The notes beneath the pieces are model-generated. The model saw only the letters and a list, made by a program, of their open reading frames with translations. It searched no databases and was not told the DNA's origin. Made by a program: the position numbers and the translations under genes. Below are positions 1-8,921 of a DNA stretch of 64,000 nt, in pieces (the stretch's first letter is position 1; each line of letters starts with the position of its first letter). The DNA comes from Longimicrobiales bacterium (GTDB lineage: Bacteria > Gemmatimonadota > Gemmatimonadetes > Longimicrobiales > Gaopeijiaceae): assembly GCA_965218295.1 (NCBI GenBank), contig CBDCKN010000013.1, positions 553,032 to 617,031 on the forward strand. Reading direction: 5' to 3'.

Positions 1-137
1 TGGGCCACTGATTGGACGCAAACGGAGGCGCAGACGCAGGGCCGAAAAAGGGAGTAAGGCAAATTGCTGACAGGGATGCCTAACTCCAGCTCGAACGGAC
101 GGGCCGGAAGTGTGGTGCCACATTTCCTGTCCGTTAT

Positions 138-1515
138 GAGCTAGGATCAAAGGGTGTGTAAAAAGAGAGGCGACGTACCTTTCCGCTGAGTAATAACCAG
201 CGAACTCCGGGTGACAGCCCGGGGGAAAGGAACGACGCCTCGTGAGGAAGAATACGGTGGGACCCGAGGGTGAGTCCAGGACGCCCGTGTGGGAAGTTCT
301 GGAAGAAGTGGTTCGGGAGAAGGCGCAGGAGTTCATTCAACAGATCTTGGAGGAGGAAGTCACGGAGTTGCTAGGGCGAGAGAAGTCAGAGCGCAGGAGG
401 GTGGTGGACGCGACCGAGGGCTACCGCAACGGATACGGCAAGCCGAGGCGGCTGGCGATGAGCTCGGGCACGATCACACTCCGACGCCCTCGAGTTCGAG
501 GCCTTGAGGAGCGGTTCGAGAGCCGCGTGCTGCCGTTGTTCGCGAGGCGGACGAAGGAGCTGGGCGCTCTGCTTCCGGAGCTGTATCTGCACGGACTGGC
601 GGAGGGAGACTTCGAGTTGGCGATGCGGGGCCTGCTGGGCGAGGGGGCACCGCTGTCGAAGTCTTCGATTCGGCGGCTGCGGGCGGGATGGACGGCGGAG
701 TTCGAGGAATGGAGCCAGCGTCGCCTGGAGGGTCGTGAGGTCGTCTACGTGTGGGCGGACGGGATCTATGTGAAGGCAGGGCTGGAGCGGGACAAAGCGG
801 CGCTGCTGGTGGTGCTGGGTGCCATGCGAGACGGGACGAAAGAGGTGTTGGCCCTGAGAGCGGGCTACCGAGAGTCGGTCGAGTCCTGGTCCGAGGTGTT
901 GCGGGACCTGAAGGCACGCGGCATCGAGGCGCCCCGGCTTCTGATGGCGGACGGTAACGCTGCGATCTGGGGCGCAGTACGGCAGGTATGGCCTGAGGCG
1001 GGTGAGCAACGGTGCTGGAACCACAAGATGAGGAACGTGCTGGACCGACTACCTCAGCGGGAGCAGGGCGAGGCGAAGGATCTTCTCCGGGCCGTGGTCT
1101 ACGCACCGAGCCGGGCCGAGGCCCTGAAGGCCCGCGAGGTGTTCGCCCGACGCTATAGGCCGTGGTATCCGAAAGCAGTGGACGTACTCGAGGACGACTG
1201 GGAGCGGATGGTAGCGTTCTACGACTTCCCCGAGGACCACTGGAAGCATCTACGCACGACGAACGTGGTCGAGAGCCCGTTCGCCGCGGTACGGCTCAGG
1301 ACGACAGCAGCGAAGCGGTTCAAGCGGGTCGAGAGCGCTACGGCGCTAATCTGGAAGTTGCTCTTGGTGGCTGAGAAGCGGTTCCGAAGGCTCGACGCTC
1401 CTCACCTCCTCAAGGACGTATTTGAAGGAAGAAAGTTCGAAGACGGAAAGCCCGTCTCACACCAACAGCGGAAGAACGCCGCCTAATACGTTTACACACC
1501 TATTGACCCAACCTC
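138..1515 (+). mobile_element. IS256-family insertion sequence
   Basis: 25-bp imperfect terminal inverted repeats (138-162 and 1491-1515, 20/25 match); 8-bp target duplication TCCGTTAT at 130-137 and 1516-1523. Confidence 0.95.
242..1486 (+). CDS. IS256-family (mutator-type) DDE transposase
   Basis: GYRNGY, VWADGIY, LMADG, QRCWNHK and LRTTNVVES motifs. Confidence 0.95.
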   Translation: MRKNTVGPEGESRTPVWEVLEEVVREKAQEFIQQILEEEVTELLGREKSERRRVVDATEGYRNGYGKPRRLAMSSGTITLRRPRVRGLEERFESRVLPLFARRTKELGALLPELYLHGLAEGDFELAMRGLLGEGAPLSKSSIRRLRAGWTAEFEEWSQRRLEGREVVYVWADGIYVKAGLERDKAALLVVLGAMRDGTKEVLALRAGYRESVESWSEVLRDLKARGIEAPRLLMADGNAAIWGAVRQVWPEAGEQRCWNHKMRNVLDRLPQREQGEAKDLLRAVVYAPSRAEALKAREVFARRYRPWYPKAVDVLEDDWERMVAFYDFPEDHWKHLRTTNVVESPFAAVRLRTTAAKRFKRVESATALIWKLLLVAEKRFRRLDAPHLLKDVFEGRKFEDGKPVSHQQRKNAA

Positions 1516-1630
1516 TCCGTTATAGCCCGTCGCTCACCAAGACCTTAGGCGTAGAGAGGAATTGTTCGGTGGCTTCGCGGGGCATGGTGACCCGAGTCGC
1601 GAGCCACACGTGCCAGCAGCAGGCGTTCGT

Positions 1631-2266
1631 TTAGAAATCGCCACGAGTCGCCCTTAGGCGTTCCTCTACTTCCTGCACTCGGGCGGACGCCTCGGCCTCA
1701 GTGAAGCCTCCCTCGAGGAGTTTCTGACGGAGGGTAACAAGCAGCTCGCGGTTCCGCTGAGGAACCGCCTTCCTCTCGGACTCCTCAAGCTGAAGAAATG
1801 CCTTCCTCTCGGACTCCTCGAGCTCTCTGAAACCAGACTCCGGATTGGCGTGCTCGTTACACCAAGCAACCCAGAAGTCGTAGTCGCAGAACTTCTGGTC
1901 AGTCCCAAGCAACTTGTATTTCCGACCAGGGTGTTGGGCCTCATGCCTGACGTGACGAAGAAACTCCTCAGGAAGACGAACCGCGTGCTCGAGCACGTAG
2001 TGTGCCAGACCTTCAGGCCAAAGCCACAGACCATCAGAGAAGTCCGAGTCCCCCATCTGGGCGTCGTCAACTCCGCAACGAAACCGGCACCAGGAGTAGC
2101 CCAGGCAGCTGTCGGCCCGCTTCGCGGAGCGGAGGTGGTGGGCGACGAGACGGCGCTCTGCGAGGTCCCATTCGGAGTCCACGAACGCAATGGGATGGCG
2201 AAAGCGGTGATCAGGAATGTCCGGTTCTTGCCAAAACCCTATAGCCCACGGAATCCTCTCCTGCAT
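1631..2266 (-). CDS. Hypothetical protein, cassette-like
   Basis: 211-aa ORF with GYSWCRFRC...WPEGLAHYVLEH motif; flanked by attC-like half sites; internal LEESERKA repeat. Confidence 0.7.
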   Translation of the reverse strand: MQERIPWAIGFWQEPDIPDHRFRHPIAFVDSEWDLAERRLVAHHLRSAKRADSCLGYSWCRFRCGVDDAQMGDSDFSDGLWLWPEGLAHYVLEHAVRLPEEFLRHVRHEAQHPGRKYKLLGTDQKFCDYDFWVAWCNEHANPESGFRELEESERKAFLQLEESERKAVPQRNRELLVTLRQKLLEGGFTEAEASARVQEVEERLRATRGDF

Positions 2267-2435
2267 TTGCCGCTCCCGTTCTGGTGTGCTGGTTCCGGTC
2301 AGAAAGTCTCACAGTCCTGCAAGCGCGATTCCTAACGTCTCTGCGGTTCTGGTGCACGATCAACATGCGAACCGTGAGTGAAGCGATCGAGCTCGACATG
2401 CACGTCGTGGGTCGGGGCTACGCCCTACCCGTTCC

Positions 2436-2510
2436 TCACCGAATCACATCCATCAGGATGTCGTGGATGATGCCCGTGGCCACCTCCACGAGCAGAACGT
2501 CCAGCCCCAC
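2436..2510 (-). pseudogene. 3' stump of an RcnB-like small protein gene cut by IS3
   Basis: Reads VGLDVLLVEVATGIIHDILMDVIR-stop and begins exactly at the IS boundary. Confidence 0.45.
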
Positions 2511-2583
2511 CCCTCTCTGCCAACTTACGTGAGACACGGAGCAGCTAAGGAATTAGAGTAGGGCGAAGGCAGAGAAACCGAGG

Positions 2584-3033
2584 ATGCTGAGACACCGAGA
2601 GAGAATGAAAGAGAATGGAATAGCCCCACCAACCTGGGACGGTAAGCGAAGCGCGGCAGCTCCTGCGGACTCGGAGGTGGTAGATAGGCCGCTGCGCCGG
2701 CGGTTCGCTCCGTCGTACAAGCTGCGGATCGTCGAAGAAGCGGACCGGTGCACGGAGCCCGGAGAGGTTGGCCGACTCCTACGGCGGGAGGGCTTGTACT
2801 CGTCGCACCTGACGACATGGCGCAAGGCGGCGCATAGCGGGTCCCTGAAAGCGCTGTCGAAGAAACGAGGCCGTAAGCGCGAGCGCAATCCGCTGGAGGA
2901 GAAGGTGCGCAAGCTGGAGCGCGAGAACACTCGCCTCGAGAAGGAGCTCCAGAAGGCGCACTTGATCATCGACGTCCAGGGAAAAGTTGCAGGGCTGCTG
3001 GGATTGAGCCTCGAGGACGGGACGAACTCATGA
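2584..3033 (+). CDS. IS3 transposase OrfA (HTH)
   Basis: RRRFAPSYKLRIV...LLRREGLYSSHL..WR plus coiled coil; ATGA overlap with OrfB; start may be 2605. Confidence 0.9.
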   Translation: MLRHRERMKENGIAPPTWDGKRSAAAPADSEVVDRPLRRRFAPSYKLRIVEEADRCTEPGEVGRLLRREGLYSSHLTTWRKAAHSGSLKALSKKRGRKRERNPLEEKVRKLERENTRLEKELQKAHLIIDVQGKVAGLLGLSLEDGTNS

Positions 3034-4037
3034 AGGCGACCCAGGAGCTAGCCAAGCACGTAGGGGTGAAGCCCGCGTGCGATGCGCTCAGGGTGCCGCG
3101 AGCCACGTTCTACCGTCGTCGGAGTGCATCGACCGGGCATCAGCAGCCCCGCCCGACCCCCGCCCGGGCCTTAAGCGAGAAGGAACGAGACAAGGTCTTC
3201 GACACGCTGTGTTCGGAGCGGTTCGTGGACCGGTCCCCAGCCGAGGTGGTGGCGACGCTGCTCGACGAGGACGTCTACCTGTGCAGCGAGCGTACGATGT
3301 ATCGCGTTCTGGCTTCCCAGGTGCCGGTTCAGGAGCGTCGAGCGCAGCGGAGTCATCCCAAATACCAGAAGCCCGAGTTGATGGCGAGGGGCCCGAACCA
3401 GGTCTGGTCCTGGGATATCACCCGGCTGCTGGGGCCGAAGAAGTGGAGTTACTTCTACCTCTACGTGATCCTGGACATCTTCAGCCGCTACGTCGTGGGA
3501 TGGATGGTGGCGGATCGGGAGAACTCTGCCCTGGCCAGCCGGCTGATCCAGCAGAGTTGCTTGAAGCATGGCGTCCAGCCCCACCTCCTGACCCTGCATT
3601 CCGATCGAGGGGCTCCGATGACGAGCCAATGCACGGCTCAACTACTCGCCGATCTCGGCGTGACCCGCTCGTTGGGCCGACCCCAGGTCTCGGATGACAA
3701 TCCGTTCTCCGAGGCTCAGTTCAAGACCTTGAAGTACCATCCCTCGTTTCCCGGCCGGTTCGGGGATCAGGGGCAAGCCAAGACCTTCTGTCGCTCGTTC
3801 TTCCGTTGGTATAATGCCGAGCACCGCCATGGCGGCATCTCGATGCTGACCCCCGAACAGGTCCACTTCGGTCACGCCGATCGGATCATCGCCTGCAGGA
3901 AGGCCGTGCTCCGTGAGGCATGGGCCGCTCATCCCGAGCGCTTCGTCTCCGGTGAGCCGAAGCCTAAACCACTCCCGGAGGCCGTCTGGATCAATCCTCC
4001 CACCCCATCCCTCACTACACAGGAGATTGCTCTCTAA
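3030..4037 (+). CDS. IS3 transposase OrfB (rve DDE integrase core)
   Basis: PNQVWSWDIT, LDIFSRYVVGW, LHSDRG and DNPFSEAQFKTLK motifs. Confidence 0.95.
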   Translation: MKATQELAKHVGVKPACDALRVPRATFYRRRSASTGHQQPRPTPARALSEKERDKVFDTLCSERFVDRSPAEVVATLLDEDVYLCSERTMYRVLASQVPVQERRAQRSHPKYQKPELMARGPNQVWSWDITRLLGPKKWSYFYLYVILDIFSRYVVGWMVADRENSALASRLIQQSCLKHGVQPHLLTLHSDRGAPMTSQCTAQLLADLGVTRSLGRPQVSDDNPFSEAQFKTLKYHPSFPGRFGDQGQAKTFCRSFFRWYNAEHRHGGISMLTPEQVHFGHADRIIACRKAVLREAWAAHPERFVSGEPKPKPLPEAVWINPPTPSLTTQEIAL

Positions 4038-4214
4038 TTGATTTCCAAGAGTGTCTCACTGGCGTTGACAGGTTCCGCTTCGTCTCCGGTGAGCCGAAGC
4101 CTAAACCACTCCCGGAGGCCGTCTGGATCAATCCTCCCACCCCATCCCTCACTACACAGGAGATTGCTCTCTAATTGATTTCCAAGAGTGTCTCACTGGC
4201 GTTGACAGGTTCCG
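3941..4214 (+). repeat. 137-bp tandem duplication of the IS3 right end
   Basis: 3941-4077 is repeated at 4078-4214, including the orfB stop and the right inverted repeat. Confidence 0.95.
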
Positions 4215-4314
4215 TCCAGTCGTAGAGGAAGAAGTCCCTTTTCCAAGTCGCGCACACAAATAGATAGAGGCCGACGATGAGCCCCAGCAGGCCGAACCAC
4301 TGCTCTTCGTTCAC
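4215..4314 (-). pseudogene. 5' stump of a small membrane protein gene cut by IS3
   Basis: AAGGAG Shine-Dalgarno then GTG; MNEEQWFGLLGLIVGLYLFVCATWKRDFFLYDW runs into the IS end. Confidence 0.55.
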
Positions 4315-4349
4315 TCGGCGTCTCCTTCGGGAACGTCAGTAGAAGGCTA

Positions 4350-5039
4350 TCAACCCGTTTTGGCTCGAGACTTCTTGGACTTCTTCTCCCGGAATCCGAT
4401 CCGGTGGTAGGGATTCACTACGCTGGTCGCCACGTTCTTGAGGTGCGCGCTGACGCGCTTCAGATAGCGCAGGTAGAGTGCCACCGTGACCGCATGCCCC
4501 GCCCGTCCCGACAACGCCTCACCCGAGCACAGGGCACGCACTTGTTTGTCTACCTTGGATGCGATTGTGGTGTGGGATTTTATGATGCCCCTGGCCCGAA
4601 CCACGTCGGATTCCTCGAGGGCGGGCACGATGTCGTCGAACATCCGAGCCATGGTCTTCTCGATCCCAACCACCTTGTCGTGTAGCTCGAGCCCATCGAA
4701 GGGCCCCGGCACCGCGGACGCCAACTCCACGATGTTCTTGGTGTAGTCGCCGATCCGCTCGATGTCGATGACGATCGCGGTGAGCACCAGTCCCAGGTTG
4801 ATGTCAGGCTTGGAAGACACGGACATGTGCGTGACGATCTTTCGACGAACGCGCCGTTCGTACTTGTTGATCTGCTGATCGCGCTTGTAGATGTCGGTCT
4901 TTGGCGTGCCCTCCGCGTGGAGCGCCGTGACTGCGTGGTCGAACATGTCGTGGGAGGCCCGAAGCATCAGGATCGCCTCGTCATATGCCTCCTGCAGTGG
5001 GCCTCCGGACCTGAAGAGCGCGAGGATTTGTTTCCACAT
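4350..5039 (-). CDS. PhoU-domain protein
   Basis: DQQINKYERRVRR, DIERIGDYTKNI and RYLKRVSAHLKNVA PhoU repeats; next to Na/Pi cotransporter. Confidence 0.85.
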   Translation of the reverse strand: MWKQILALFRSGGPLQEAYDEAILMLRASHDMFDHAVTALHAEGTPKTDIYKRDQQINKYERRVRRKIVTHMSVSSKPDINLGLVLTAIVIDIERIGDYTKNIVELASAVPGPFDGLELHDKVVGIEKTMARMFDDIVPALEESDVVRARGIIKSHTTIASKVDKQVRALCSGEALSGRAGHAVTVALYLRYLKRVSAHLKNVATSVVNPYHRIGFREKKSKKSRAKTG

Positions 5040-5044
5040 GGCTT

Positions 5045-5972
5045 GTTACCTTCGCCGGGCTTGCGGTCGAAAATGAGGCGAGAATCGCGGTGATGGTGGT
5101 TCCGATATTCGCCCCAATCGTGTACGGGAAGATCTGACGGAGGGTGAGGACCCCGGTGCCCGCCAAGGGCACGATCAAAGACGTCGTCGCCGAGCTGCTC
5201 TGCACGGACGCCGTCGCAACGACGCCCAGAGTGAAGCTCGCGGCGTCGTTACGGAAGAGGACCCTGTCGAAGAGCCCTTCCAGGCGCTGTAGGACGACGC
5301 CCCGCATGAACGTCAGCATCCCCCGCAGGGCCATGAAGAGCAGAGCGAGAGCCAGAATGACGAGTGGGATCGTGTAGGGGATCAGCTCCGAGAGGAATTC
5401 GGCGGGTGGACCCACGACCAACTTGAGAGGGCTGGCCAGACTCATGCCACCCGCACCGGCGAACACGCGCTGCAGAAAGACCGCCGATTTCTCGACCGGG
5501 TGAAAAAGGATCTCCACCGGCAGGAGCGCGTGAACGCCGCGAACACGTTGAAGAAGTCGTGCACCGTGGAAGCCGCGAAGGCCCGCTCGAACTCCGCCGG
5601 ACGGGTCACGTGCCCCATCGACACGATTGTGTTCGTCGTTGTCGTTCCGATGTTCGCACCCATGATGATGGGCACGGCGAGCTGAATGGTGAGCGCGCCG
5701 GACGCCACGAGTCCCACCACGATGGTGGTGGTGGTCGAGGAGCTCTGGATCATACTCGTGGCCAGGAATCCGATGAGCAGCCCGGCGACTGGGTCCGACG
5801 CCGTGTTCAGGAGCTGATCTGCGAGCCCTGCGCCGCTCATCTTGAACGCGGTGCTCATCAGCTCGATGCTGGAGAAGAACAGGTAGAGCAGGGCGAGGAA
5901 GTAGACGACGCGGCCGATCACCACGATCGGGCTGGCCTCGCGTTGGATTTGCGACGGGATGGGGTTGGGCAC
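5045..5972 (-). pseudogene. Na+/phosphate cotransporter (NptA-like), frameshifted near 5530 and C-terminally truncated
   Basis: Two QSSS and two GANIGTT motifs split over two frames; homology stops after ILASFSTASPA. Confidence 0.8.
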
Positions 5973-6240
5973 CGGGCGCAGGTCCTGTTGTGATGGCAGC
6001 GATGAGCCGCACAGAAACTACAGACTCGCCGCCCCTGGGGAAAACCCGCTCACCGAGTCAGACCGTTCGCCTACCGCTTGCGCCTCCCGGCCACGGTGCG
6101 GCCGATCGTTCCTCTCCTTGGTAAGATCAGGCGACTGCGGCTGGCGCGGTAGGCATCGTAGTCGCACACTGCGTGTGTTAACGCAGGTCAATCACAAATC
6201 CATTACGTGCCCGCCACACGGCTGGGGAGGAGAAAAAAAG

Positions 6241-6456
6241 ATGGCTGAGAGTGTGTACAAAGTGATCGAGCTGGTAGGAACCTCTACTGAGTCGTGGGAG
6301 AAGGCTGCGGCAGCAGCCGTCCAACGTGCATCCCAGTCGCTGCGGGACCTGCGTGTGGCTGAGGTCTCAGAGCTGGACCTGCAGCTCAGGGACGGTGCCG
6401 TTCAGAGCTACCGCGCGAAAGTCAAGGTCTCCTTCAGGTACGAAGCCGGCGACTAG
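6241..6456 (+). CDS. Dodecin-family protein
   Basis: MAESVYKVIELVGTSTESWEKAA...YRAKVKVSF; GGAG Shine-Dalgarno. Confidence 0.92.
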   Translation: MAESVYKVIELVGTSTESWEKAAAAAVQRASQSLRDLRVAEVSELDLQLRDGAVQSYRAKVKVSFRYEAGD

Positions 6457-6539
6457 GAACACCGCGCCACCAACACGACCTTATGCAGGACCGCAGCCTT
6501 CGTACGTATACTCACCATGTAAAGATACGTATACGACGA

Positions 6540-6805
6540 ACTTCTTCGATGAGGTGAAGCAGCGGGCGGATGGTCGCCCCCGGTACGGCGGAGCGTTCAT
6601 GTGGGTGAACGGCGACGGTATCTGGCCGGTGCCGGAGAGCGCCTACGCGATGCGAGGGGCGGGGGGGCAGAGTGCCACCATGATCCCGACGCATCAACTC
6701 GTGGTGGTGAGGCAGGGCAAGTACACGGGCGCGGGAGCCGGTGGCCGGGCGCTGAACCGAGCGTTCGAGTTATTAATGGAGGCCGTGCCGCCAGTCGGCC
6801 AGTAG
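6540..6805 (+). pseudogene. C-terminal remnant of a serine hydrolase (beta-lactamase class C-like)
   Basis: YGGAFMWVNG...YAMRGAGGQ...IPTHQLVVVRQG without an N-terminal SxxK region. Confidence 0.6.
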
Positions 6806-6879
6806 CCGGACCTTACCTGGCTTCCCGGGCTGCCGTTGGTGTTGCTGTAGGGGTCGCACGTCCGCATGTTGTTTGCACC

Positions 6880-7521
6880 TGTTCGCTTCTGCACCGAGAC
6901 GAGGGCAGTCTCCATGGCCTCGAAGGCGGGATTTTCGACCTTGCTCTCGACGTTGTAGGTGCAGACCACCAGCACAGAGGAGTCGTCGAGATGACGGGTG
7001 GCGAAATGGAGCAGGTCGAGGCCGGAAGGGTCACTCCAGTGAACGTCGTCCAGGACGACGAGGACGGGCTTCCTTTCGCCCAGCCGGCGAAGGAACTCGG
7101 TGAAGTTCCAGTGGATCCGCGTCTGGAGCTCTCCTGGCTCCCCCTCACCCGCCCCCGAGGCCTGATCGGCTCCGCTCCCGAGGGCGGGCACGACCCGGGC
7201 CAGCTCCCCTTCACCACCCCGGGTGAGCACCGAGAGGGCGGAGGCGTCCATCTCCCGGAGGACGGGCAGAAAGGCGTTGGACCAGAGCCCGTAGGGGATG
7301 CCCGTCTCGACTTTGTACGCCTGCCCCCGCACGGCGAGAAAACCGAGCCGATTCGCCTCTTCGGCCGCTGCGACCGCGAGGCGAGACTTGCCAATGCCCG
7401 TGGTGCCCCTCAGGAAGACGGCTCCACCGGTGCCGGAACCAGCATTGGCGAGGGCGTTCCCGAGAAAACCGAGCTCCTCGGTCCGTCCGACGAGGGGAAG
7501 GTCGGGCAGGATGTTTGCCAT
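6880..7521 (-). pseudogene. Truncated STAND-type AAA ATPase (N-terminal part only)
   Basis: PLVGRTEEL, Walker A GTTGIGKS, Walker B LVVLDDVHWSD; ends after about 210 aa. Confidence 0.75.
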
Positions 7522-7850
7522 GACGGATCCCACTTGAATGAATTGACCCATACTCCCCCATCCAGCGCGCGCGCACAAGTATCCCGGATCCGGCGCTCTG
7601 GTCGGGCAACCCGACGGCCCCCGGACGCGACTAATCAAGAGCCGCGAAGTCGCCCTCTAGAAGTGTGGAGACAGGCTCCGGGCGGTTTCTACGAAACGGC
7701 GCTGGACAAGCCCTCGGGCGCCTCTTAGACTCTTCGCGGCTCGGCAAGACAACAGGGCTGGAAGGCCGCGTGGCCTTGCTCTGTAGCCGACTCGGCCCTC
7801 TGTTGGCCACGTGTGGCCGAGACACTTCTGGGACACCACACATAGGAGGC

Positions 7851-8921
7851 ATGGTAGGGATGATCGCCGTTGAAGGGGTGACGAAGCGATTTGGTGATCT
7901 CGTCGCGGTTCGGGATCTCGACTTCGAGATCGACCGGGGTGAAGTCGTGGGCTTTCTGGGGCCAAACGGAGCCGGGAAGACCACGACTATGAGGATGCTC
8001 ACGGGCACGCTGGAGCCCGATGAGGGCCGGGTGCTGTTCGACGGGGTGCCCATCGGCCAGGACCTGACCGGCGCGAAGAAGCGTGTGGGCTACCTGCCCG
8101 AGGCCAATCCGCTCTATGAGGAGATGTTGGTGGCGGAATATCTGGAGTACGCAGCCCGCCTGAGGATGCTGGAGGGGGCCTCGGCCCGCTCAGCCATAGC
8201 CGACGCCGTCGACGAGACGGGCAGCGGCGACGTGTTCTTCCGGCCCGTCTCGGAGCTCTCCAAGGGATACCGCCAGCGCGTCGGCCTCGCCGCCGCCATC
8301 CTGCACCATCCCGAGATCCTCGTCTTCGACGAGCCCACCGAGGGCCTCGACCCCAACCAGCGTGTGGAAATACGAAACCTCGTCAGCACCCTGGGCCGCG
8401 AGCGTACGGTCCTCCTGAGCACACACGTTATGCAGGAGGTCGAGGCGACCTGCACGAGGCTCATCATCATCAGCCGCGGCAAGCTGGTGGCGGACGGAGC
8501 GGTCACCGACCTGCTGGCCGCGGCCGGCGGCCTCTCCCAGTACATCGTGGAGGCCGCCGGCCAGGGGGTCGCCGAGGCCCTGAGCCGCCTTCCCGGAGTC
8601 GACTCGTACACCTCGGAGGATCTGGAAGACCGCACGCGCGTGCGCCTGTCGGTGGCCGGCGACGCGGAGCTTCGGCCCGAGATCTTCCGCATGGCCACGG
8701 AGAAGCAGTGGGTGCTGTGGGAGCTGCACCGCGAGCCGGCCACGCTGGAGCAGATCTTCCGCGACCTGACCGCCGACACCGGGGACGGCGACGGGGCGAC
8801 GACGGAGGAGCCGACCGCCAGCGCCCTCGACGATCCGGCCCCGGGAGATCCTCCGACCCTGGAGGCGGCTCCCGAGCTCGGCACGCCGCCCACCGACGAT
8901 GACGGGGAGGTGCGGTCATGA
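7851..8921 (+). CDS. ABC transporter ATP-binding protein (GldA-like)
   Basis: GPNGAGKTT, LSKGYRQR, DEPTEGLDP; AGGAGG Shine-Dalgarno. Confidence 0.93.
   Translation: MVGMIAVEGVTKRFGDLVAVRDLDFEIDRGEVVGFLGPNGAGKTTTMRMLTGTLEPDEGRVLFDGVPIGQDLTGAKKRVGYLPEANPLYEEMLVAEYLEYAARLRMLEGASARSAIADAVDETGSGDVFFRPVSELSKGYRQRVGLAAAILHHPEILVFDEPTEGLDPNQRVEIRNLVSTLGRERTVLLSTHVMQEVEATCTRLIIISRGKLVADGAVTDLLAAAGGLSQYIVEAAGQGVAEALSRLPGVDSYTSEDLEDRTRVRLSVAGDAELRPEIFRMATEKQWVLWELHREPATLEQIFRDLTADTGDGDGATTEEPTASALDDPAPGDPPTLEAAPELGTPPTDDDGEVRS

Larger units (their letters stand above)
78..1550 (+). repeat. Integron attC-like site (about 87 bp) split by IS256; arms at 78-137 and 1524-1550
   Basis: GCCTAAC at 78-84 and CTTAGGC at 1544-1550; GAACGGACGGGC pairs with GCCCGTCGCTC with an extra G; inner hairpin GGAAGTGTGG/CCACATTTCC; an ORF on + stops at 55-57 just upstream. 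Confidence 0.7.
2511..4077 (+). mobile_element. IS3-family insertion sequence, copy 1
   Basis: 27-bp imperfect terminal inverted repeats sharing CTGYCAAC....GTGAGACAC; left end defined by identity with copy 2 at 63621. Confidence 0.9.

Noticed and set aside
2980..3035. Programmed -1 frameshift between IS3 orfA and orfB
   Set aside because: The ORFs meet at an ATGA overlap; no convincing slippery site with a stimulatory structure was identified
7639..7742. 11-bp inverted repeat GAGCCGCGAAG/CTTCGCGGCTC as a MITE
   Set aside because: Single occurrence with no target duplication
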